Below, in pieces: positions 24,866-37,739 of a stretch of 64,000 nt of DNA. The DNA lies in NCBI GenBank assembly GCA_028534125.1, contig CM052816.1, forward strand, positions 13,952,001 to 14,016,000. The letters run 5' to 3'. Under the pieces are notes generated by a model. It had not been told where the DNA came from. It saw only the letters and a program-made list of their open reading frames with translations, and did not search any database. The position numbers and the translations under genes are program-made. Within the stretch, counting starts at the first letter, position 1; the number at the start of each line of letters is the position of its first letter. Origin of the DNA: Lama glama. Lineage: Eukaryota.

Positions 24866-24900
24866 TGGTGGTGGTGGTGGTGGTGGTGATGGTGGTGGTG
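24866..24900. repeat. (GGT)n microsatellite
   Basis: GGT run with one interruption. Confidence 0.9.
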
Positions 24901-25744
24901 GGGAGCCAGGAATCCAGTCATCCCCCCACCTCCCCAGTTGGCCTCACAAAGCCTTCATTACCTTCCACGCCTCCGACCCCTACTCCAAACTGAGACCCCA
25001 ATCTTGGTCCGAGAGTAAACACTAGTTAGTTCAGCTCTATCAGACTCTCCCCTAGCATCCTTAAGGGAAAAACAGGAGGACAAAGACCGAAAAAAGAGAC
25101 AGCCGATGACAATGATTCCTTGGTTGAAAGGGGTGACGTGATTAAGTGGGACATTAAGGGACTTTCCTAACCAGCAGCTAGGAGCAGCTGGGACCCACAA
25201 AAGGAGACACCCAAGATCAATTTTACTACTCAGAGTCTGCAGACGGGACTGGGGCATTGGCTCACATCCCCTTCTGTTTGTTACTCAAACAACGGCCAAG
25301 CCTTGGACCATATGCTTTCCCTATTAAAGGCACCCATGCCCGCTCCCTGCTCCTATCTTGTCCTTAGGCCTTCACCCTCAACCTAGGTGCATCTCATCAC
25401 CCTTGCGATTTCCCTGACACAGCAAACACTTTATCTCTGGAAGATCTCAAGACCCCCCAGCCAGCGCTATCAACTCAGACAACATGGCCAGGATGCCCAC
25501 TGTACCTATGAAGTCCAACCACATAATGACTTTCTGGAACACGGCCTGACCATCTGTCTCTGATGCCACTGGGACCAAGAAAAGTTTTGAAGGGAAGCAG
25601 ACAATTCACTCTCTATTGAGAGATTCACTCAGGAAAGAGGCAGGGTCGTGCCCCCATGTTCCTAATTTCCCTGTCACGATCCACAGGGATCAATCACCCC
25701 CTTGTCTGGTGTATAACAGACACTCGATAAGTGGGTCCCCCTTC

Positions 25745-27520
25745 CAATCTTTTTATTTTGAAAACTTTCAAGCGACAAAAAAGTTAAAGAATACTTTGAT
25801 GAATTCCTGTATATCATTTACCTGGATCACCCAGTATTAAATATTACCACATTTGCTTTCTCCCAATACTTCTTTTCTGATTGATTTCAAAGTAAAGTAC
25901 ATACACGACATTTTACCCAGAAGTATTTCATACTTAAATACATCCCTAAATATTTCCTATGAGGGAGAACATACTCCTGTATACCCATAATACCATTATC
26001 ACATCTAAGAAAACTAAAATGGAAAAAATGTTATCTGACAACTCTGTTAATTCAAATTTCCCCGATTGTCCAATCAAGGTCCTTAAAGCTTTCATTGAAA
26101 TATAATCCACATATCATAAAATTCAACTCTTTTAAAGCGTTCAGAGTTTTAATATATTCACAAGGTTGTGCAACCACGACCCATATCTAATTCCAGGACA
26201 TTTTCAGAAGAAAGAAGAAACCCAGTAATTCATTATCAGTCACTCCCCATTCTCCCCTTCCCTAGCCCTTGACAACCACTAGTCTATGTTCTGTCTCTAT
26301 TGATTTGCCTATTCTGTAAATTTCATGAAAACAGAATTATAAAATATGTGGCCTTTTGTATTCGGCTTCTTTCCCTTGGCATAACGTTTTCAAAGTTCAC
26401 TCATGATGTATCATGTATTATTTCATTTCTTTTTCCAGCTGAACAATACCACTTTGTACAGAAACACCACAATCTGTTTATCCATTGTTAGGTGATGGAC
26501 ATTTGGGTTGTTTTAGAGCTTTTTAAAAGCAAGGATCCAATCAAGGATTATACATTGTATTTACTTGCCATGTCTACAGCTCCCTTTAATCTCAGTTATT
26601 AATCCATCTATATGATTAATTCTAGAACATTAATCTAGATTCTTGAACATTCTTCCCATTTTATCTTTTACAACAGTAAAATTTTTAAAGAGTACAGTTG
26701 GGTTGTCTCGGGGAATATCCTTGTGGATTTGTCTGATTGTTTCCTATAATCTGATTCGGGTTAGACAATTTTGGCAATAATGCCACACTGGTGAGGTTGT
26801 ATATTTCCTGCTGCGTCACTTTAGAAGGCAGATGATGTCAGTGTGTCTCATATTCTGTGATGCTAAATTTGGTCATCTGATTATTTGGTATTTATCAGAT
26901 CTTCCCACAAGAAAGATACACTTTTCCCTTTGTATAGTATTCAAATAAATAATATCAAGACAAGTAATCTTTAAGACTATGAGTATCTGCTTCCCCAACA
27001 AACTTTAACAAAAGATTTTAGCCTCCAGGGATGATCCCTGCCTGAATCCAGTATTATAACTGTGTTACAAAACAGTAATTTTCTGACTTTTCTAACTTTA
27101 ATTCCTTCCATATATAGTTGCTGGAATTTTGTCCCAAAACAGAAAAAGAAAATAAATTTTTCCGAGCTCTATTCCACCTTCTTAATCACCATTGAAAATG
27201 CATGGATTTTTTTTTTCCCTCAATGTGTTATACAGTCAACATCACTGTCATTCTTCTGATGCTCAAACTGTTCCAAATTTGAGGAGTAGGAGCCAATTTG
27301 GGCCAGCTCATCTGTATTTTGACATGTCCCCACCAGCCTTTAAGCACTTCACTACCTTGTGACACAATAAAATGTTCCAGATCACCTTGCATTTCCCCTT
27401 CTCCAGAACTTAAAAGCAGCATTTCTTCAAGAAGACCTGGTTGCTTTTAGTGAGTAATGACATTTAGAAACCAAGATCTGGGTGTGATGTGCTCATTGAT
27501 ACTGGGTTGTCTCCGATGTT
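25745..27520 (-). mobile_element. L1MC-like 3' end with a nested L1MB-like 3' end (about 26087-26512)
   Basis: Host begins TTTTATTTTGAAAACTTTCAAG and resumes at GGATCCAATCAAGGAT. Insert reads AGCTTTCATTGAAATATAATCCACATATCATAAAATT...GATGGACATTTGGGTTG. Confidence 0.75.
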
Positions 27521-27639
27521 TTTGCCTGAATGACTCATAGCATTTACTTAAATCTTCCATGTGTAACATCTCTGGTGATTTTTACCCAGGTTTCAGTTAG
27601 TTTGTTACACTGTTGGAAATTGTGCATCCTACATGTGTA

Positions 27640-28190
27640 ACAGTTGTCATCTTTTTAGTACTTGCTAAATGCTCAACAGCTTTATACTTGGTATTTTACA
27701 CGCAGTGCTTCATTTAATATTTGTAACAACTCAATGGTGTATGTATTAGAATTTATCCTTATTTAACAAATGAGGTAACTGAAGCATTGATTGGTTAGGT
27801 AACCTGTTCATGGTCACAAAGCTAGTAAGTGGCAGAGCTGGGGCTAGACTCCTGGTCTGTCTGACTTCAGATCTGCTGAACCACCAGGCGATACTATGCC
27901 AGTAACAATCACTGGGGGGGGAAATATCAGTATGTCTTCAAGCTTGCAATGCACTCCTGGGTGTCTCACATGACACTTGTAAAGTAGGTATGGTTGCTGC
28001 AATCCACTGCTAAGACACAGTGTGGTGTCAGGAGATGGGCACAAGGCACGGTGACGAGTGGGTAAACCCTTCACTTTTCCAGGTCTCGGATATGTCAGTT
28101 GTAAATGTGGAATAATGACACTTAGCTTGGGTACCATATAAGGCTGCAGTGAGGACCAAAGGCTGTCAATAAGCAGAAAGTGTCATAAGA
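27640..28190. mobile_element. Two MIR copies in opposite orientations
   Basis: Minus copy: TGGTCACAAAGCTAGTAAGTGGCAGAGCTG. Plus copy: GTAAATGTGGAATAATGAC...GTGAGGAC. Confidence 0.7.
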
Positions 28191-28244
28191 ATTATAACGC
28201 TCCCTCTACCCTAAGGAAGTGGCTCTTAAATCAAGCTGAATGTG

Positions 28245-30350
28245 GGTAAGAATTACCTGGGGTAGGAGAGCATGCTGCATTTAAAGTGCAGACTGCAGAT
28301 TGCATCCCCAAAAATAAAATACTTAGGAATAAATCTGATGAAGGAAGTGAAAGGCTTATATGAAGAGAACTACAAAACACTGACTAAGGAAATAAAAGAT
28401 GACTTAAAGAAATGGAAAGATATTCCATTTTCTTGGATTGGAAGAATTAATATTGTTAAAATGGCCAAACTACCCAAAGCAATCTACAGATTTAATGTGA
28501 TCCCTATTAAATTATCCAAGACATTTTTCACAGAATTAGAACAAATAATCCTAAAATTTATATGGAATCACAAAAGACCCAGAATCACCAAAGCATTACT
28601 GAAGAAAAAGATTGAAGCTGGATTAATAACTGTCCCAGACTTCAGACAATACTACAGAGCTAAAGTAATCAAAACAGTATGGTATTGGTACAAAAACAGA
28701 CATATGGATCAATGGAACAGAATAGAGAGTCCAGAAATAAACCCACAAACTTTTGGTCAATTAATCCTTGACAAAAGAGGCAAGAACGTACTATGGATTA
28801 AAGATGGTCTCTTCAGCAAATGGTGTTGGGAAAACTGGACAGCTGCATGTAAATCAATGAAGTTAGAATACTCCATCACACCGTACATGAAAATAAACTC
28901 AAAATGGCTTAAAGACTTAAACATAAGATAAGACACTATAAATCTCTTAGAAGAAAACATAGGCAAGACATTATCTGACATAAATCTTAGCAATGTTCTC
29001 CTAGGGCAGTCTACCCAGGCAACAGAAATAAAAGCAACAATAAATAAATGGGACCTAATTAAACTTAAGCTTTTCCGCAGCAAAGGAAACCATAAGCAAA
29101 ACAAAACAACAACCTACGGAATGGGAGAAATATTTGCAAAAGATAAGACTGACGAGGGTTTAATCTCCAGAATATATAAACAGCTCATACAACTTAATAA
29201 GAAAAAACCAAACAACTCAATCCAAAAATGGGCAGAAGACCTAAGCAAGCACTTCTTCAGTGAAGACATACAAACGGCCAATAGGCACATGAAAAAATGC
29301 TCAGTATCACTAATTATCAGAGAAATGCAAATCAAAACTATAATGAGGTATCATCTCACACCAGTCAGAATGGCCATCATTCAAAAGTCCACGAACTATA
29401 AATGCTGGCGAGGCTGTGGAGAAAAGGGAACCCTCCTGCACTGCTGGTGGGAATGTAGTTTGGTGCAGCCATTATGGAAAGCAGTATGAGAGTCCTCAAA
29501 ACACTAAAAATAGACTTACCATACGATTCAGCAATCCCACTCCTGAGCATATATCCAGAGGGAACTTTAATTCAAAAAGACACCTGCACCCCAATGTTCA
29601 CAGCAGCACTATTTACAATAGCCAAGACATGGAAACAGCCTAAATGTCCAACAACAGATGACTGGATAAAGAAGCTGTGGTATATTTATACAATGGGATA
29701 CTACTCAGTCATAAAAATAATAAAACAATGCCATTTGCAGCAACATGGATGGACCTGAAGAATGTCATTCTAAGTGAAGCCAGAAAGAAAAAAGAAAAAT
29801 ACCATATGATATCACTTATATGTGGAATCTAAAAAAAAAAAAGACAAGCTTATTTACAAAACAGAAACAGACTCACAGACATAGCAAACAAACTTATGGT
29901 TACCAGGGGTTGGGGTGGGGGGGATTGGGTTGGGAAGGGATAAATTGGGAGTTCAAGATTTGCAGATACTAATATACATAAAACAGATAAACAAGTTTAT
30001 ACTGTATAGCACAGGGAACTATATTCAATATCTTGTAGTAACCTTTGGTAAAAAAGAATATAAAAACGAATATATATATATGTATATATATATATATGTG
30101 TATATATATATATATATATATTCCTATATACCTGAAGTATTGTGCTGTACACCAGAAATTGACACACTGTAAACTGACTATACTTCAATAAAAATATATT
30201 TCAAAAAATAATAAATAAAGTGCAGGCTGCTGGGCCCTGCTCCTAGAGATACTGGTTTAGGGGCCTGGTGTGGGGCCCAGGAATCTGAATTTTTAACATG
30301 CTTCCATGTGATTCTGATACAGATGGTTCACAGATCACACTTAGAAAAAC
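28245..30350. mobile_element. MER5-like hAT MITE split by the L1
   Basis: AGAATTACCTGGG...TTAAAGTGCAG on the left continues on the right as CTGGGCCC...GGGGCCCAGGAATCTGAATTTTTAACA...GTGATTCTGAT. Confidence 0.8.
28297..30216 (+). mobile_element. Young 5'-truncated L1 (~1.9 kb; ORF2 C-terminal part, now frameshifted, plus 3' UTR)
   Basis: The ORF at 28272-28931 (KIKYLGINL...[18 protein letters not shown]...) is L1 ORF2. TSD AAAGTGCAG(A/G)CTGC at 28283-28296 and 30217-30230. An (AT)n run lies at 30070-30130. Confidence 0.95.
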
Positions 30351-30454
30351 TCTCATGTAGTTAAAGACAATGAGAAAAGAGATGATAAATCCATACTTAG
30401 AGACCACTTTCACATCTTTTCATATCCATTTCTTGCATCTGACTGCTTTTTCTT

Positions 30455-30730
30455 CCTCAGGCTCAAATGTTACCTCCCCAAGTTAGCCTTCCCCAACCCT
30501 CTGCACACAGTCAGCCCCTCCTGTTACCTGCTCTCATCTCATCCTTTGATTGATCATAGCACACAACGACCTGATAACTATATAACTTCAGTCTGTAATT
30601 AGATGCTTAATGTCTGCCTCTCTTAATAGAGAGTAAGCACCAGGGGACAGTGGCCAGGACTTTCTCAGTATGCCCCATGTTCCGACATGGTGGAAAATCA
30701 ATCAATGTTGGACAAATGCACAAATGAAGG
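30455..30730 (+). mobile_element. L2 3' end
   Basis: Contains GCTCAAATGTTACCTCC...CCTTCCC and the terminal AATGTTGGACAAATGCACAAATGAA. Confidence 0.65.
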
Positions 30731-31383
30731 AACAAAAAGTAATACTAACTTTATTATTAAACAAAGATTAGACAGCACGCAGAATTCATAAATAATTAAT
30801 ACAGAATAGTTCTTTTGCAAACATGAATTGGATACCCCACTTCCTGTTCTCATCATATTTCCTGGGGTCCTTGGAAAGACAGTTTTCATGGTGGAAATGG
30901 CACTTTTAATGACAAATTTGGGGTCAATCTGCTCAGAACGGGCAGGAATTCATAATGAAATTATGGCCCTCTGCTCTGGCTTCTCCTCCCACCTCCTTCC
31001 CCTCCTGGCTTCAGCTGTCACCTCGCCCTGCAGCAGCAGCATCCTCTCTTCCTGCCTCCTGCCAGTTCTCTCTCACCAGTACCATGCCTGTCGGCCTGGG
31101 GAGGGAAGTGCTTCCGTGGGGCCACCTTTCACTGCTGTGCTCCCCCAGTTCCACGTGTTTCCATTTGTGCATTTATCTCCATCCTGAATGGGGCCCGTAA
31201 AACTCCTTTATGGTTTCGCCTCTGGCCAAATAAGCACTGAATTTCACAACCAGAGTTTACGCTCCTATATGGATGGCAAGGTGGGAGGCGGGTTGTTCTG
31301 TTTTAAATATCTGTTTCTCCTCTGTCTGGAAAAGCTCCAAGAATCCATGCAAAGGGGTGAGAATAGGAACCATTTCTCTCAAG

Positions 31384-31882
31384 TGATGGGGTTCAGGACC
31401 TACTCCCCCAGCATGGGGCACCGTGGCACATTGAGCATTTTAAGCTGAAAGAGTTTGAAAAACAGCAGGAGCAGGAAGGTCTCTCTGACCTTCCCTTTCT
31501 CCCCTGAAGCAGGTCGTTAGACCCTCTTGTAGGAGGTACCCTCTCTATATTGGGAGGAAAGAAGCATCTTTATCTCAAGACAGAGAAACACTGAGAAGAA
31601 CCCAAACAGGCTGCTTCCCCCAGTTTTCGACACTCAGGACTTCATTCTCCTTGTTCTATCACATTTCTACACGACAGCCCACTCTTCATCAAACTGAGCA
31701 GAAAAACAGTCTGGTCTGACGGTTTCTTCAGGTCTTCATTTCCTTTTGAAGGCTCCTATGTCACGTAAAACTTAGATTAAATTTGTATGCTTTCCTCCTG
31801 TTAATTCGTCTGTGTCCACTGAATTTTCAGACGTACCCAGGGACTGCAAGGGGGTCAGGAAAAATTCTTTCCCTCCCCTCCA
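31384..31882 (+). mobile_element. ERV1 solo LTR, MER34-like
   Basis: Starts TGATGGGGTTCAGGAC and ends CCCCTCCA. 4-bp TSD CAAG at 31380-31383 and 31883-31886. Confidence 0.85.
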
Positions 31883-32609
31883 CAAGGTTTCCAGAACTTT
31901 ATAGCAACTTTGAACATGAGGCAGCAGCATAGTACTGCGTGGGGACCTCGGGAAACTGAGTTTATGTGATAGTTTTCCACCAGGACCCAGTTCCCAGCAC
32001 ATCAGGGTGAAGGACTAAGATCACAAGCATTTACAAATCTTCAGTTTTAACGAGATGTAAGAGCATTCTAGGGACTGAAACCCGCTGACCTCAGAAAACA
32101 TCCAGAGGAACACTTTTAACGATTCTGACAAATCTGGTCTGGTCAACCTCATTTGCTCGGGAAATTCTCTTTGGCTTTGGCACATCCTAAACTCAGACCT
32201 GAGGCTGGCCAGTGCTGGATGCGACCCAGTACCAGCGTCGGGTCTTCAACCCCCAAAGCCTCTTTGCCTCGAGGCAGAACGATGCAGTGGCTCGCTCGGT
32301 TCAAGTCCTCGTTCCACTACTTACCAGCTGAGGGCTGCAGGCCCGGAGCTTCCTCTCTGGGCCTCAGTCTCCTCAACTGCAAGATCAGGATGGCGGTACA
32401 CACAGCGGACAACAGTAGACACCCCGCAGGAGAGCTGTGTGGCCTAAGTGAAAAGCTCGTGAATGCAGCTTAGCAGAAAGTCTGGCCCAGGGTGCATGTT
32501 AGCAGCTATTATTTCGATGTCCAGATTTACAGAGGTCCTCAGATTTAAGACACATATTTATATGGTGCGGTCTAGCTGACTTCCGAGAGCAGTGTAATAA
32601 ATCTATATA

Positions 32610-33122
32610 GTGCTCAGTCGTCCCAGTGCGTGTGGTCATCCAGCACCTTTTGGGCGTTTTCCAGTTTAGGCAGTTGGCCACACCATAAGCCCTGCTTTCC
32701 GGAGGTAGAGGATGCCTCCCCACGGTCCTGGCTTCCCTTAAGGATGGACTGCAGGTGTCTGACCGGTCTTCCCTAATCAGAACCAGAGAGCCTTCTCCTC
32801 TCAGGGGTAACATGCAGAATCTATTTTGTGATGAGGATGGAGGTCCAAGCACCTGGCGCTTGCGGGCAGCCCCGGAGGAGTCTTAGGCATCCAGGACCCA
32901 GTATCATGATGTGAGCTGTAGTTTGTGCCTGGCTGGAGCAGGCCCAGAGCTTTCCCAGGACAGTCTGTCAGTCTGGCTTGGACCACGTTCCTGGCCACAG
33001 TCTGATGCTCTTAGCCCTCTGGGGAACCTGTGAACCACGTAATATTCTTCAACAAATTCCCATTTCTACTTCAACAAGCCAGAGCGGGTTCTGGGGCTGA
33101 CAACAAAGAACCTACTGGCCAC
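32610..33122 (+). mobile_element. Old ERVL-class LTR (LTR16/LTR33/MLT1-like)
   Basis: 3' end AACAAATTCCCATTTCTACTTCAACAAGCCAGAG...ACAACAAAGAACC. MIR pieces lie on both sides (32270-32510 and 33340-33650). Confidence 0.55.
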
Positions 33123-33772
33123 CAGGTTGGCCAAATACAAAAGCAACGATTTCCAAGAAACCATCAAAGCTCTTTGCTTCAATGGAAACGACTTTAATGT
33201 GGTGATTAGTGTTATAGAGGAAGCGAGCACTAACGGGGACTTGGAGATCTTTCTACTAAGGAGATTTCCATCTTTGTGGAATCTGCTGTAACTCTGTCTC
33301 CTACTTCTAATGGCCTGCCAGAGCAACAAAGCTGGAAAGGGCTTGAGGGAGAGTCTGGATTGCCTCATCGGCTTCAGTGAGGAAGTGGGGTACCAGAGAA
33401 AAGCGACTTGCCCAAGGTCACACAGCACCTGCAACTTAGTGTGAAGGTCGCCAGCTCTGAGGTCACATCCTGGCTCTGCTACTCACGCACTGTGCGATCT
33501 CAATCCAGCCCTGTGGTCTCTGAGCCCATTCTCTTGGTCTCCTCATTCACTAAACTGAAGAAAATAACAGTCCACATCTTACACTGTTCTTGTGAAGAGG
33601 AAGTTACATTGTGCATCTACAGTGTTTAGCATGTGTTCAAAAAAATAGTAAACATGATATAAATGCTAACTGATATTACTGAGTTAACCTTAAACAAATA
33701 TTAACCATGATCCAGTATGAGCCAGACACTGTCAAAGAGATTGAGGATATAAAAATAAATGAGACATTCTCA

Positions 33773-35706
33773 CCTCCCAACAAAGTCCAGGACCAGACAG
33801 CTTCACTTGTGAATTCTACCAAATATTTAAAGAAGGATTAATACCAGTCCTGTCAAACTCTTCCACAAAATACAAGAGAAAGGAACACTTCCAAACTCAT
33901 TTTACGAGGCCAGCATTACCTTGATACCAAAACCAGACAAGGATGCCACCAGAAAAGAAAATTACGGGCCAATATTCTTGATGAATATAGGCACAAAAAT
34001 CCTCCACAAAATATTAGCAAACTGAATTCAAAGTACATTAAAAGGATCACACACCATGATCAAGTGGGATTTACCCCAGGGATGCAGGATGGTTCAGCAC
34101 CTGGATCAATCTATGTGACACACCAAGTTAACACAATGAGGGATAGAAACCATACAGTCATTTCAATAGATGCAGAAAAAGCATTTGACCAAATTCAACA
34201 TCCATTTATGATTTTTTAAAAACCTCTCAACAAACTTGGTATAGAGGCAATGTACCTCAACATAATAAAGGCCATATATGACAACCCCACAGCTAACATC
34301 ATACTTAATGGTGAAAAGCTAAAAGCTTTTATTCTAAGTTCAGGAATAGGACGAGGATACCCACTCTCGCCACCTTTACTGAACATAGTATTAGAACTCC
34401 TAACCAGAGGAATTAGGCAAGAAAAAGAAACAAAAGATATCCAAGTCAGAGTGAAGGAAATAAAACTCACTATTAGCAGATGACATGATACTATCTACAC
34501 TTTAAAGCCTCAAGACTCTACCAAAAAAACTATTAGAATAAACAAATCCAGTAAAGTTACAGGATACAAAGTCAGTATTCAAAAATATGTTGTGTTTCTA
34601 TATACTAGTAACAAACTATCAGGAAAGAAATCAAGGAAACAACCTCATTTCCATTTGCATCAAAAATAATATCTATGAATAAGTTTAACCAAGGAGGTGA
34701 AAGACTTGTACTGAAAACTAAGCTTTCAGACAGTGACAAAAGAAATTGAAGAAGACACAAATAACGGAAAGATATTATGTGCTCCTGGGTTGAAAGAATC
34801 AATTTTGTTAAAATTCCCATACTACCCAAAGCAATCTACAGATCCAATACAATCCCTATCAAAATTCCAATGGTATTTTTCACAGAAACAGAACAATCTT
34901 AAAATTTGTGTGGACACAAAAGACCCCAAATAGTCAAAGCGTTCTTGAGAAAGCAGAACAAAGCTAGAGGTATCACGCTCCCTGACTTCAAACTATATCA
35001 CAAAGCTAAGTAACCAAAAGAGTATGGTACTGGCAGAATAATACACAGAACAGTGGAAAAGAATAGACAGCCCAACAATAAACACATGGATATACCGCCA
35101 ATTAATTTATGACAAAGGAGCCAAGAATACACAAGAAGGAAAGGACAATCTCTTTAATAAATGGCACTGGGTAAATTGGACAGCTATGTGCAGAAGAATG
35201 AAACTGGATCACTATCTTATACCAGAAATAAAAATTAACTCAAAATTTAAGACCTGAGATGGTAAAACTCTTAAAAGAAGATAGGTAGTAAGCTCCTTGA
35301 CAATAGTCTTGGTGATGATGTATGTTGGATTTGACACTAAAAGCAAAAGCAACAAAAAACAAACAAAACAAAAATAAATAAAGTCATTTGCATCAAATTA
35401 AAAAGCTTCCACACAACAAAGGAAACCATTGACAAAATTAAAAGGCAACCTACTGAATGGGAGAAAATATTTGCAAATCATGTATCTAGTAAGGGATTAA
35501 TATTGAAAATATATAAAGAACCCATACAACTCAATAGCAAAAAACCAAAACAATCCAATTTTTAAAAGGGCAGAGGATCTAAATACACATTTCTCTAAAG
35601 AACACATACAGATAGTCAAAAGGTACATGAAAAGGTATGAACATCACTAATCGTGAGGACAAGTAAATCAAAACCACAATGAGGTATCACCTCACACATT
35701 TCAGAA
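33773..35706 (+). mobile_element. L1 ORF2 fragment (RT to C-terminus), degenerate, no 3' UTR
   Basis: Encodes [33 protein letters not shown] and [14 protein letters not shown], with many frameshifts. Confidence 0.92.
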
Positions 35707-36527
35707 CTGCACCTGTGCACTTGACAGTAATACTTCTTGTTGTAAATTAATACTTTGAAGTACTTGTAGAAGGATTGGCTTAGGTCAAGAAGATGGACAC
35801 CAATTCCTCTGACACCCATGAGAAGAAGATAAGGATACATGAGTTTATCACTTTATCGTTTAAAACCCCAAGTCTCTTTTTCCTCTGGATAGTGGGAGAT
35901 GAGTCATCTGCTGAGGCAGAGGAAGGTTCAAACAGCTGTTACAAACAACAAGAAAGGACTGAACCAAAGACAAGTGAAGGGATTACTTCCCAACCCACAG
36001 ATACATGCTGCAGCATCTGTGCTGGCCCACCAGACCACCAAAAGGCATCAAATCTGAACCCCAGTTCAGGTTCAACTAGGACATACTACCACACTTAGAA
36101 AGGCCACCACATCCAAGCTTAAATGTTCTCCTACACGTTTTCCCAATAACTTTGTGGATGATTTCATGCTTTAATTTTTAAATCTTTCTTTTAGAAATTG
36201 TTTAGATTCATAATATAAAGTAGTCATTTAATTTTATTTCATGTTTCCAAATGTTAATCAGTTGTGCCAACATCATTTATTGACTAATGCATCCCTTCTC
36301 CACTGGTTTAAAATGCTGTAACTATCAGGGCTGGTACACAGAAACACAAAACTGACTTTAACATTGAAATAAGTCTTCTACATCTTTAGCTGAAGGCAGA
36401 TTGTGGCTTTGAGGCAGAGAACCAGTCTTGTTTCTCAGACCTGATAGAGCTAATGCTGGCTCATTTACCAAGGTTCCTGAACAACCACCAGCCTTCCTCT
36501 CTCCCATCATAAACTGACTGGTGGTTG

Positions 36528-37114
36528 TGTTGCAGAAAAATGTGTTACAGCTCAGTTGTGACAGCAACCTGGATCCAGGTGAGATACCAAGCAGCACTCG
36601 GAAAGTTGGAGAACTCAGGTTATTTACGCCAACAGGCCCAGAAGAGTTAACACTCCAAGCTCTGGACCCTGTCTGTACGTTTACACAGGCCTTTATAGGC
36701 TGCCAGGTTACACTTTGCAACATCATATGCAAATAAAGTATAACAAAAGTTGTCCAACTAGGAACAAGCTTTGTAGAAACAGACCAATCAGGAGTGAGAG
36801 AAATAACCAATCAGGAGTGAGGGGAATGGACCAATCAAGAGTGAGAGAAATAACCAACCAGGAGTGAGTTCCATGCAAATGAAGTACTACAAATGGACCA
36901 ATCAGAAGTGAGAGTAATAACCAATCAAGAGTGAGAGAAATAACCAATCAGAAGTGAGCTCAGGGAAGCAGTAGAATTTTAGGGGTAAGTAAGCCTGTTT
37001 CAGAGGCAAAAAGTAAGATACAGTCTCTGGGCCAGGGAACCGGATGGTGCTGGCAGGAGAGTAGAGGCCCTGCTTGGGGGTCCTGCTGGTCTTTTTATGG
37101 GGCTTCCTGCCTCA
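36528..37114 (-). mobile_element. ERV1-class solo LTR with a tandem CCAAT array
   Basis: Minus strand reads TGAGGCAGG...TGCAACA. 4-bp TSD GTTG at 36524-36527 and 37115-37118. Minus-strand TATAAA near 36692-36697. Confidence 0.85.
36782..36958. repeat. ~23-bp tandem repeat, 7 units (ACCAATCAGGAGTGAGAGAAATA)
   Basis: CCAAT at 36784, 36807, 36831, 36854 (CCAAC), 36898, 36921 and 36944. Confidence 0.95.
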
Positions 37115-37739
37115 GTTGCTCCAAATGGGTTCTCTGAAATCAGAAAACCCAAGTCTTCTAGCTCCTTCTTCACTAGCCAAGTGACACTGATTACAATTCT
37201 TAACCTCTTTGTATCTCAGTTTCTCCCTCTGTAAAATGGGGATAACAGAAGTGCTTACTGCATAGGCAGGTGTGAGGATTATGACATTTAAAGTGCCTGA
37301 GCAATAACAATACCAGTAGAATATTATTTATGATCATCCCAATGGTAATGTTATCATAATTCTCATCATCAGCATCTAGATGAGCTTATCAGGACTCATA
37401 TTTACTGTTCATTCATTCTGCAGTTCCTACTGAGGATTTACTGTGTTTTGCTACCATGTTTTGTTTTGTTTTTTTACCATGCTAGCCATGAACAATGAAG
37501 ACAAGATCCCTACCTTCTCAGAACTTACATACTAGTAGGGGGAAAACAGTTAAACCAATGGCTAAACAAGACAATGTCTGGGAATATGAACAGTGCTATG
37601 ATGAAAGTAAAGCAGAGGCATGTAGGAGAACTTCACTGGGGAGCTTATGTTAAATTGGCAGTCAGAGGAGGTCTCGCTGAGGTAAATTTAAGGGGAGACC
37701 CAAAGAAGAAGGAGCCAGTCAGAAGCGTGACATCTTTCA

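Noticed and set aside
28272..28931. Longest ORF (219 aa) as a host gene
   Set aside because: It is L1 ORF2 inside a 5'-truncated, TSD-flanked insertion.
36782..36958. Array of short repeats resembling a CRISPR array
   Set aside because: The units are head-to-tail with no unique spacers, lie within an LTR, and the DNA is mammalian with no cas genes.
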